DNA of 26,345 bases from an uncultured Flavobacteriales bacterium (GTDB taxonomy: Bacteria > Bacteroidota > Bacteroidia > Flavobacteriales_G > Salibacteraceae). The DNA lies in assembly GCA_963968755.1 (NCBI GenBank), contig CAXAIH010000001.1, forward strand, positions 1 through 26,345, written 5' to 3'. The notes below the pieces were generated by a model. The model saw only the letters and a program-made list of their open reading frames with translations, was not told the DNA's origin and searched no databases. Positions 19,242 to 26,345 of the stretch are shown in pieces (position 1 is the first letter of the stretch; each line of letters opens with the position of its first letter). A program made the translations under genes and the position numbers.

Positions 19242-19944
19242 TGTGAATCAGGATGTTGTGCATTCCTCGTAGCACTAAATTTGGGTCTGCAAAAATGGGA
19301 TTTTTAAGGTCTCCTGCAAATTTCATTGCATCGCCTCCAGTGATCGCTGCGTGAAGATTTTCATGAGCACCTCCGTAACGACTAATCGTTTCATTTAGTT
19401 CATGCAGAATCCCATAAAATGCTCCACTTCTCATTGAATCTTTTGTATCCCTCCCTACTTCAGGCGAAGATTGCCAATCGATTTGCGGAAGGCGCTCTGT
19501 AAAGGCGTGCATAGCTGCCAGGCGCATTTGTAATCCAGGAGAGATTTTTCCTCCGATAAACTTTTGATCCACCACTAAATCGAAGGTTATGCAACTGCCT
19601 AAATCGATGGAGAGCGTGTTTTGACCTTTAAAATATTCCCATGCGCCAAGAGCGCCACAAAAACGATCGTGACCCAAGGTAGGTGCTTTATATGCATTTT
19701 CTATGGGAAGTTTGAGGTCAAACGAGAACGGTATCAAGCTGGAGTCATTTCCTTCTACCAAGGTGTGCGACACATCAGAAGAAACGGAGGCAATGATTGC
19801 GGAATTAAAGGGTTTTAAATCGATTTCCTTCTTAATCACTTTCGGATCTATCGAATCTATCGCATAGGAATCGGAAATTTCGCCATCCAAAAAGGATGCA
19901 AACTTGGTCCGGCTATTACCCACATCGATGCAAAGTCTTTTCAC
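19231..19944 (-). CDS. coaX: Type III pantothenate kinase
   Basis: IDVGNSRTK, LGHDR, IDLGSCITFD, ISPG, ITGGDA. GTG start at 19944. Confidence 0.93.
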   Translation of the reverse strand: MKRLCIDVGNSRTKFASFLDGEISDSYAIDSIDPKVIKKEIDLKPFNSAIIASVSSDVSHTLVEGNDSSLIPFSFDLKLPIENAYKAPTLGHDRFCGALGAWEYFKGQNTLSIDLGSCITFDLVVDQKFIGGKISPGLQMRLAAMHAFTERLPQIDWQSSPEVGRDTKDSMRSGAFYGILHELNETISRYGGAHENLHAAITGGDAMKFAGDLKNPIFADPNLVLRGMHNILIHNEL

Positions 19945-19949
19945 AGCTG

Positions 19950-19957
19950 CAAAAGTA
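19950..19957 (-). promoter_or_regulatory. -7 promoter box for the coaX operon
   Basis: TACTTTTG, 5 nt upstream of the GTG. Confidence 0.6.
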
Positions 19958-20017
19958 GAGATTCCAAGGGGCATTGAATCAGTTGTGACCTACTAGATTC
20001 TGCTATCATAAAATTTT

Positions 20018-20025
20018 TAGATTTG
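20018..20025 (+). promoter_or_regulatory. -7 promoter box for tRNA-Phe
   Basis: TAGATTTG, 41 nt upstream of the tRNA. Confidence 0.6.
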
Positions 20026-20066
20026 CCGACCGATTTCAGGAAGGTTCGCCCGAATGATTACAAGGA

Positions 20067-20214
<148 letters not shown>

Positions 20215-20423
20215 TATGGACGGCTTTATAAAGGTATGACTGAATATATAGCCGCCAGGCTCAGACAGCACAACGCAGGAAAAGTGAAATCAGCCAAGGC
20301 CTTTGCACCGTGGGAGGTAGTTCATACTGAGTCGTACTCATCTACTGAGCGAGCCAGAACGCGGGAGAAATATTTCAAATCTGCTGCTGGTCGACGTTGG
20401 ATTAAAAAGCACCTAGCACTACA

Positions 20424-20557
20424 GCTGGTTCCCCGCCCGTGCCGAACTGTACGTTCGGGCGGGAAATCCAGCTGGCACCACTTCAAAGCCCTAATCACAA
20501 ACTGGACGAAGCTTTTTTTTAGTAACGTATACTGTCTACATATTACAAAGTGAAAGT
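20424..20557 (+). repeat. Direct repeat copy 2 (pseudo-tRNA 3' fragment, decayed terminator, truncated GIY-YIG start)
   Basis: Offset 309 nt before and 341 nt after a 32-nt insertion. Encodes TYTVYILQSES with no ATG. Confidence 0.93.
20432..20463. mobile_element. 32-nt GC-rich palindromic insertion in the T-loop of repeat copy 2
   Basis: CCCGCCCGTGCCGAACTGTACGTTCGGGCGGG with perfect 8-bp terminal inverted repeats. Absent from copy 1. Mobility is inferred. Confidence 0.7.
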
Positions 20558-20567
20558 CGTACGTGCT

Positions 20568-20677
20568 GCTAGCGCGAATCTCCTGATTCGTGCGGGTTTC
20601 ATATTCCACTAAAGAGGTAATCTGTGCAACAGATCGTATCCTTTTGACACTGACCCGAATAGGATATCCGCGCCAGC
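20568..20677. repeat. REP-doublet (REPIN)/MITE-like element
   Basis: GCTAGCGCGAATCTCC (20568-83) versus the reverse complement of 20662-77, GCTGGCGCGGATATCC, match at 13/16. The left unit is itself a hairpin, GCGCGAATC-TCCT-GATTCGTGC. Confidence 0.55.
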
Positions 20678-20685
20678 GAGGGGGA

Positions 20686-21168
20686 TCAGTTCTGTTCTTT
20701 CAGGTCAGATAAGATTTTGGAACCGGCTGGACAGATTAATGAGTTTACCAGCGCTATATCTAGAACATCTATCATGTTCTTTCGGTTGGTGTGAGGGTAA
20801 TCTCGACAGGCTTCAGGTCGCACCTCATACACCTCACATTTATTGTCCTTGCCTAAAAATGGGCAAGGTGTCCGGTTGAAAACGAAATCTCCGTCCTCGT
20901 CCATCTCAACATACTTCTGAATGAACGCTCCTGTGCTCAAGGCTATATGACCCGCAATGCGGTCCATGTCATTTTGATATAAAATAGGAGAGGTTGTTTT
21001 GCAACAATTGGCACATTGAAGGCAATCAATCTTTTCAAATGCCTTCTCATGTGCAGCTTGGAAAGCTTTATCGAGCGACGGCCCGTTCTCTAGGCGCTTC
21101 AAAAGCGCTTCATTCTCTTCTTTGTTATCTGCAGCTTTTTCAAGAAGGGCTTTATAGACAGGATTCAA
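20686..21168 (-). CDS. YkgJ/UPF0153 family cysteine-cluster (putative Fe-S/Zn) protein
   Basis: CLQCANCC, CPFL...CEVYEVRPEACRDYP. A -7 box TACTTTTG lies at 21206-21213. Confidence 0.88.
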   Translation of the reverse strand: MNPVYKALLEKAADNKEENEALLKRLENGPSLDKAFQAAHEKAFEKIDCLQCANCCKTTSPILYQNDMDRIAGHIALSTGAFIQKYVEMDEDGDFVFNRTPCPFLGKDNKCEVYEVRPEACRDYPHTNRKNMIDVLDIALVNSLICPAGSKILSDLKEQN

Positions 21169-21232
21169 GGCTTACAGATTTTGAAGAAGCTAAGGCGCTT
21201 CGCTTCAAAAGTAAGAGAGAATCCTCCTCCAA

Positions 21233-21640
21233 TTATGCAAGTAGCATGCTCAAGGAATAATAAAATGGAATGCCGAGCATGACGTTGATAGGGAATGTTA
21301 TTTCTAAAGCCATGGGCAAGTATAAACTTGGATTGGCTTGAGGAACTGCTTGCTTCATCAGAGCCGGAACGGCAATGTAGGATGCACTTGCCCCTAGAAT
21401 AGCGAAAATCAATTGGTTCCCAATATGATCTGTGATCTGAGTACTGATCAACAAGGCGAGTGCGCCATTCACGAAAGGCATAAAAATCGGGAACAGAAAG
21501 GGGTAGAGTCCATTCTTGAACATAGATTTCAAATGCTTCCCGCTACTTATTCCCATATCTAGGAGAAAGACGAGCAAGAACCCCTTGAAGAGGTCGTGGG
21601 TAAAGGGCCTTAAACTCTCAGCTTGCACCTTTCCGGTTTC
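21233..21640 (-). pseudogene. 3' fragment of a sodium-dependent bicarbonate transporter family permease (SbtA/DUF897-like)
   Basis: FKGFLLVFLLDMG, LGASASYIAVPA..KQAVPQANPSLYLPMAL.ITFP.NV.LGIP.Y are C-terminal SbtA-family motifs. Only about 135 codons remain, and an in-frame TAG lies at 21665-21667. Confidence 0.8.
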
Positions 21641-21714
21641 ACAACAATGGTTTGAGCGCTGAGTCTAGAACATGCTAGGCACATGATGAAGATTCCAAGA
21701 ACAAGATTTTTCAT
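21610..21714 (-). pseudogene. Signal-peptide stub of a truncated secreted protein
   Basis: MKNLVLGIFIMCLACSRLSA-QTIVVKP then a stop at 34 aa. TATCTTCG -7-like box 4 nt upstream. Confidence 0.45.
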
Positions 21715-21809
21715 GTATCGAAGATACGGGTCAAAAGCTTGTTGACTTTGCCAAATTCCTGACAAGCTTAGGCCGATAAAAATCCTAATATCGCATTTCA
21801 CTCATTTCA

Positions 21810-22802
21810 ATGGAAGGCTCAGCCCAGATAGCCATACTAGATAAACACGCTCAGGAAACCTTCGAGCAAAAAATTAACGACTTCGGTTTTGAGGGACTTG
21901 TTGCGCAGCGTGCAACTTGTCTTCAGGTCAATTTGGGCTATATGTGTAATCAGACATGCAATCATTGCCATGTTGATGCAGGCCCAAATCGCACCGAAAA
22001 GATGTCTAAAGCGCATCTAGAGAAATGCCTCGAAATACTTGAGGCGCACGGGTTTTCAACCCTCGACGTAACAGGTGGCGCTCCTGAAATGCATCCACAC
22101 TTTCGTTGGTTTACAAAGCGCGCTGCGGAAATCTGCGATGAAGTCATTGTTCGATCGAACCTGACATTCCTTGTCCAGAACAAAACGACGCGCAGCCTGG
22201 TCCCTTTTTTTCGTGAAAACAAACTTCGCATCGTTTCATCATTGCCCTGCTACACCAAAGAAAATGTTGACGGACAGAGGGGCGCTGGTGTGTTCGAGCG
22301 ATCGATTGAAGCACTTCAACTTTTAAATGAAGCTGGTTATGGTCGAAGCCCTGAGCTCATTCTCGATCTAGTCTATAACCCAACGGGTGCGAGCCTTCCT
22401 GGAGTCCAAGCCGCCCTTGAAGCTGATTATAAGCGCAACTTAAAATCGGACTTCGGTTTGTCCTTCAATAAGCTTTTCACCATCACCAATATGCCCATCA
22501 GTCGCTTCCTTGACTTTCTCCTTGCGAGCGATCGTTTAGAAGAGTACATGGGTAAACTCATAGAGTCCTTTAATCCATCTACGCTAAGCGGGTTAATGTG
22601 TCAAGAAACCATTTCCGTTGATTGGGAAGGGAACTTGTACGATTGCGACTTTAATCAGATGTTGGAAATACCTATCCAAAACGGAGGCACCTTGGATCAA
22701 TTTGATTCACACGCACTTGAGAACCGGCTCATTCGAACTGAGGCCCATTGTTTTGGATGCACTGCAGGCGCAGGCTCTTCTTGTCAAGGCAGTTTAGACT
22801 AG
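21810..22802 (+). CDS. arsS: Radical SAM/Cys-rich protein, ArsS (arsenosugar biosynthesis)-like
   Basis: LQVNLGYMCNQTCNHCHVDAGP (CxxxCxxC), DVTGGAPE, SLPCY, LMC...SVDWEGNLYDCDFNQML, HCFGCTAGAGSSCQG. Family is confident; function is not. Confidence 0.85.
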   Translation: MEGSAQIAILDKHAQETFEQKINDFGFEGLVAQRATCLQVNLGYMCNQTCNHCHVDAGPNRTEKMSKAHLEKCLEILEAHGFSTLDVTGGAPEMHPHFRWFTKRAAEICDEVIVRSNLTFLVQNKTTRSLVPFFRENKLRIVSSLPCYTKENVDGQRGAGVFERSIEALQLLNEAGYGRSPELILDLVYNPTGASLPGVQAALEADYKRNLKSDFGLSFNKLFTITNMPISRFLDFLLASDRLEEYMGKLIESFNPSTLSGLMCQETISVDWEGNLYDCDFNQMLEIPIQNGGTLDQFDSHALENRLIRTEAHCFGCTAGAGSSCQGSLD

Positions 22803-24088
22803 AATTTCTCTAGGAATCTCTCAGGCTTTATTAAGGTGTACTTCTGCCAAAGAGGATGATCGGGCTCATGTTTCAGTTGTCGTTTAAAGGCAGGCTTAAT
22901 CGTAACCAAGTCTTCAGCTTTAAACCGTTCTGCTTTCTCAAAATCATGCTCTAAGACGGAAAAAAATATCTCAGCTTCAAACTTCGAGCGTTCATTTTCA
23001 GAGAAAAGATGGCGCTTCTCCAATTTTGCACTAGCGCTAACAAGCACGTCGCTCAGCACCCATCGGTCGCCTTGTTTCTTGGAGCGAATGGTAACATCCA
23101 GGTATGGACCTTCCACCTTAATACCCATTACCCACATCGCTGCCTCGGCAGTTGTTGGAATCAAATACTTTTTTCCCCTTTCACTGTAGGAATACTCAAC
23201 AGAGACCACCGCCAAACTCTTCTCCTCCAAATACATTTTACCTTTGAAGAGGGCATCTTTCACATTTGCTCTCTGATCGAACGAAATAACTAGTAGCTTA
23301 TCGTCACCAGAATTAATGACTCCGTCGATTTTAAACTCATACTTTTTGATTTTTTCCGGATCGAAAAAGGAACCTCTAATACGCAGCATATTGTAATTGA
23401 AAAGGAATATTGGGTTCCCCAAATTGATGGAGAAGCCTTCTTTGTCCTCATCGAATTCTTCGCCTTTCTTCTTCGCCTTCTTCCGTGCCTTCAGCTCTCT
23501 CTTGTCAATTTGCTTGCGCATGAATTGAATGTCAGCGATGTCTTCAAAAACCTTAGAGGTAAAAATACTCAACTGATTCGAATCTATAGTGTCTCCATAG
23601 CCCTTATTGTAAGCACCAAGTATCGCTTCGATGAAATGACTGAACTCACCATTCTCTTTTAGAAGTTCTCGGTAATATACCTGACTGTTGAAGGCTGAGT
23701 TGCCATAATTCTTTGGAATGTTCTCCGCCACTTTCATAACGTAATACTCTGCAGGCTTAGGCAGAATCACAACCTCTCCAAGCTCGTAGGACTTAGATCT
23801 CATCTTGAAACGAGCGGGAGATTGAATGTCAGAAATAGGAACCTTGAGGGCTTCGTAACCAATCAGACTAAGCACCAATGTGTCGTTGCTATAAACTGAA
23901 TCAGAGCTGACTTCAAAATCCCCTTCCAGGTTGCTCAAACTTCCCTGAAAACTCTTTTGGAAATACACACTAGCGTAGGCCAAGGGCTCCTTAGTTTCAG
24001 AATCTTGCAGGTTTCCCTTCACCGTCAATTGGCTGAAAAGACACTGACTGATCAGAAAAAACACAACGGCTAGGCTACCTTTGAGCAT
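22799..24088 (-). CDS. Secreted protein with N-terminal carboxypeptidase-like regulatory domain
   Basis: Signal peptide MLKGSLAVVFFLISQCLFS-Q, KGNLQDSETKEPLAYASVYF...SNLEGDFEV...LSLIGYE...LGEVVI, then YYRE...FIEA. Confidence 0.8.
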   Translation of the reverse strand: MLKGSLAVVFFLISQCLFSQLTVKGNLQDSETKEPLAYASVYFQKSFQGSLSNLEGDFEVSSDSVYSNDTLVLSLIGYEALKVPISDIQSPARFKMRSKSYELGEVVILPKPAEYYVMKVAENIPKNYGNSAFNSQVYYRELLKENGEFSHFIEAILGAYNKGYGDTIDSNQLSIFTSKVFEDIADIQFMRKQIDKRELKARKKAKKKGEEFDEDKEGFSINLGNPIFLFNYNMLRIRGSFFDPEKIKKYEFKIDGVINSGDDKLLVISFDQRANVKDALFKGKMYLEEKSLAVVSVEYSYSERGKKYLIPTTAEAAMWVMGIKVEGPYLDVTIRSKKQGDRWVLSDVLVSASAKLEKRHLFSENERSKFEAEIFFSVLEHDFEKAERFKAEDLVTIKPAFKRQLKHEPDHPLWQKYTLIKPERFLEKF

Positions 24089-24107
24089 AGCACAAATATG
24101 CACAATC

Positions 24108-24443
24108 GTGAATCTCCAAATCAAGGCACTGTCAGAACTTAAACTGACCGAAAAAGAGCTTGTTGAACAAGTATGCCTTCAATTGGAAAAAGACCTTCGT
24201 CTTTCGCATTCTCTCCATCGGCCGAAGGCATGCATGCTACTCTATGAGGAGCTCGTTCGTCCTATCCAAATGGAACTCTTGAAGTTGAGCCGAAATCAAC
24301 TCATGCACATCTGCTATCAGATTGACTTAAAGGAATCAGAAAGCCAGCCTGCCTTGATGGATAGCAAGCTTGAACAACTGACAGATTTAGCCCTAAACAG
24401 ATGCTTTCAGAAGGTTTATTTGAGAAATCTACTGAAAGACTAA
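24108..24443 (+). CDS. Hypothetical helical protein
   Basis: QLEKDL...HICYQIDLKE...RCFQKVYLR resembles a conserved Bacteroidota hypothetical found next to tadA (recalled, unverified). The GTG start at 24108 is inferred. Confidence 0.65.
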   Translation: MNLQIKALSELKLTEKELVEQVCLQLEKDLRLSHSLHRPKACMLLYEELVRPIQMELLKLSRNQLMHICYQIDLKESESQPALMDSKLEQLTDLALNRCFQKVYLRNLLKD

Positions 24444-24886
24444 GAGCGCTTCTTTGAGAAAAATTCCTTTAAGATGGAAGAGCATTCTTCCTCCATTACT
24501 CCGCGTAGCACTTTTGTTTTGGGATGAAACACATTCTTTTCAAGTAATGTGAATCCCTTTTTAGGATCTGAAGCTCCAAAAATAACTTCCGAGAAGCGCG
24601 CCCAATGAATGGCTCCCGCGCACATAACGCAAGGCTCGAGCGTGACATACAAACGGCAGTTATCGAGAAACTTCCCTCCCATAAAATCTGCGGCCGAGGT
24701 AATCGCCTGCATTTCAGCATGAGCAGTTACATCATTCAGTCGCTCGGTTAGGTTATGAGCCCGTGCTATGATTCTATTGTTCGCCACTACAACTGCACCA
24801 ACAGGAACCTCATCTTCTGCAAAAGCCGCCTTGGCCTCCATTAAGGCTTGTTTCATGAAGTGTTCGTGAGAATAGGGCTCAATCAT
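24440..24886 (-). CDS. tadA: tRNA adenosine deaminase / nucleoside deaminase
   Basis: GEVPVGA-like DEVPVGAVVV, TAHAEMQA, LEPCVMCAGA zinc motifs. Confidence 0.9.
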   Translation of the reverse strand: MIEPYSHEHFMKQALMEAKAAFAEDEVPVGAVVVANNRIIARAHNLTERLNDVTAHAEMQAITSAADFMGGKFLDNCRLYVTLEPCVMCAGAIHWARFSEVIFGASDPKKGFTLLEKNVFHPKTKVLRGVMEEECSSILKEFFSKKRS

Positions 24887-24890
24887 GATG

Positions 24891-24953
24891 CGAATTTAGA
24901 CATTGATATCTATGATGATACGCGTTAAAGGCTCGTCATTCTTACTAAATTCG
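24891..24953. promoter_or_regulatory. Divergent -7 boxes for tadA (24891-24898, minus) and aspS (24946-24953, plus)
   Basis: Both read TAAATTCG followed by C, at 4 nt and 17 nt from their start codons. Confidence 0.55.
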
Positions 24954-24970
24954 CGACTCAATTATACAGC

Positions 24971-26345
24971 ATGTTTCGAACACACAATTGCGGTGAACTT
25001 CGGTCAGAAAATATTGGTGAACAAGTTCAATTAAGCGGCTGGCTTCAGCGGTCAAGAGATCTTGGTGGAATGACCTTCGTCGATTTACGAGATCGCTACG
25101 GAATCACTCAACTTGCCTTTAATATGGAATCCAATCCTGCACTTTGTGAAGAAGCGCGCAAATTGGGAAGAGAGTTTGTCCTTCAAGTGGAAGGAAAGGT
25201 AATTGGGCGCAGCAACAAGAATGATCAAATGTCGACCGGAGACATTGAAATTGAGGTTTCATCCCTTCAGGTATTGAATCCTTCTGAACTTCCTCCTTTT
25301 ACTATAGAAACAGATTCTGACGGTGGAGAGGAACTTCGAATGCAGTACCGCTTTTTAGACCTTCGAAGAGCACCACTTCAAGAAAATATTGCATTACGAC
25401 ATCGACTCGCATTAGCTGTAAGAACCTATTTGAGTTCAACGGACTTTTTAGAAATTGAAACTCCCTACCTCATTAAATCGACACCTGAAGGTGCACGTGA
25501 TTTTGTGGTTCCTTCAAGAATGAATGAAGGGCAATACTATGCGCTTCCTCAATCTCCGCAAACCTTCAAGCAGTTGCTGATGATCAGTGGATACGATCGG
25601 TACTTCCAGATTGTAAGATGCTTCAGGGATGAAGATTTGCGTGCAGACCGCCAACCCGAGTTTACACAGATCGATTGTGAAATGGCTTTCGTGGAACGTG
25701 ATGACGTACTCGCCTTATTTGAAAGCCTCATGAAACACCTCTTCAGCGAGCTCAAAGGAATTAAGCTTCCATATTTCCCGCGTATGAATTACGCTGAAGC
25801 TATGGAGAGATACGGAAACGACAAGCCAGATCTTCGCTTTGGAATGGAGATTCAGAACTTGAACGCGAACACCCAAGGCAAAGGGTTTAAAGTTTTTGAT
25901 GATGCCGAATCTGTTCTGGGCATATGCGCTCAAGGACAAGCGGAATACAGCAGGAAACAACTCGATGCTTTAACTGAATGGGTTAAACGACCTCAAATCG
26001 GCATGCGCGGGATGGTCTATGTGAAGTGTAATCCTGACGGAAATTTTAAATCGTCTGTGGACAAGTTTTACAGCCAAGAACAGCTGGCTGAAATTGCTGA
26101 AAATTGCGCTGCAACTGCTGGTGATTTGATCCTCATACTTTCCGGAGATGACCGTTTGACGCGAAAAGCCATGAGTGAGCTCCGCCTTGAAATGGGCGAA
26201 AGAATGGGATTACGCGATCCAAAAGTATATGTACCTCTATGGGTGGTAGACTTTCCCCTTCTGGAAAAAGATGAAGACTCAGGAGCTGTTCATGCAATGC
26301 ATCACCCTTTTACTTCACCAAAACCTGAGGATATTGCAAAACTAG
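24971..26345 (+). CDS. aspS: Aspartate--tRNA ligase, 5' part (runs off the right edge)
   Basis: [11 protein letters not shown]...[70 protein letters not shown] rather than RDHGG suggests the discriminating type. Confidence 0.98.
   Translation, partial: MFRTHNCGELRSENIGEQVQLSGWLQRSRDLGGMTFVDLRDRYGITQLAFNMESNPALCEEARKLGREFVLQVEGKVIGRSNKNDQMSTGDIEIEVSSLQVLNPSELPPFTIETDSDGGEELRMQYRFLDLRRAPLQENIALRHRLALAVRTYLSSTDFLEIETPYLIKSTPEGARDFVVPSRMNEGQYYALPQSPQTFKQLLMISGYDRYFQIVRCFRDEDLRADRQPEFTQIDCEMAFVERDDVLALFESLMKHLFSELKGIKLPYFPRMNYAEAMERYGNDKPDLRFGMEIQNLNANTQGKGFKVFDDAESVLGICAQGQAEYSRKQLDALTEWVKRPQIGMRGMVYVKCNPDGNFKSSVDKFYSQEQLAEIAENCAATAGDLILILSGDDRLTRKAMSELRLEMGERMGLRDPKVYVPLWVVDFPLLEKDEDSGAVHAMHHPFTSPKPEDIAKL

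Noticed and set aside
4095-19818. Many 60-125 aa ORFs in the track (e.g. 4095, 4366, 5446, 6387, 7334, 7582, 9366, 9874, 11559, 13103, 13632, 14778, 15594, 15855, 17054, 18930, 19621)
   Set aside because: All overlap well-supported genes in another frame or strand and show no recognisable motifs.
20424-20480. Second tRNA gene
   Set aside because: Only the T-arm and the 3' acceptor strand are present, and the T-loop is interrupted. There is no D-arm or anticodon arm.
20322-20609. Minus-strand 95-aa ORF across the GIY-YIG gene and repeats
   Set aside because: Antisense to the nuclease, runs through palindromes and the tRNA fragment, and has no family motif.
24971-25300. Non-discriminating AspRS
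   Set aside because: The anticodon domain has RDLGG (Leu), not the RDHGG typical of non-discriminating enzymes.
25549-25960. Minus-strand ORFs of 68 and 81 aa
   Set aside because: Antisense shadows of aspS.

Overview
Bacteroidota chromosome segment, probably Flavobacteriales-like (TAnnTT[T/C]G '-7' promoter boxes, no Shine-Dalgarno reliance, typical gene order). It is mostly housekeeping: uvrA (5' part), an ECF sigma factor plus a small downstream ORF, nth, bcp, recA, a TPR lipoprotein, thrS-infC-rpmI-rplT, a GSCFA protein, a TonB-dependent receptor, a DJ-1/PfpI gene, the coaX-OMP-TPR-lptC-CNNM-PPIase operon, tadA-like deaminase and aspS (5' part). uvrA and aspS are missing from the ORF track because they run off the window. 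The unusual part is 20.07-22.8 kb. tRNA-Phe is followed by its terminator and then directly by a small GIY-YIG nuclease gene. After that comes a second copy of the tRNA T-arm, 3' end, terminator and nuclease start, 309 nt downstream. This copy carries a 32-nt GC-rich palindrome inserted exactly in the T-loop and is cut off by a REP-doublet-like element. A probable deletion scar (signal-peptide stub plus sbtA-like 3' fragment) and an orphan ArsS-like radical SAM gene follow. Other oddities are an in-frame TGA exactly at the lipobox Cys of the DJ-1 gene, an AUC start for infC, an Nth lacking the 4Fe-4S cysteines, and several apparently leaderless genes. All calls come from reading motifs by eye; no searches were run.
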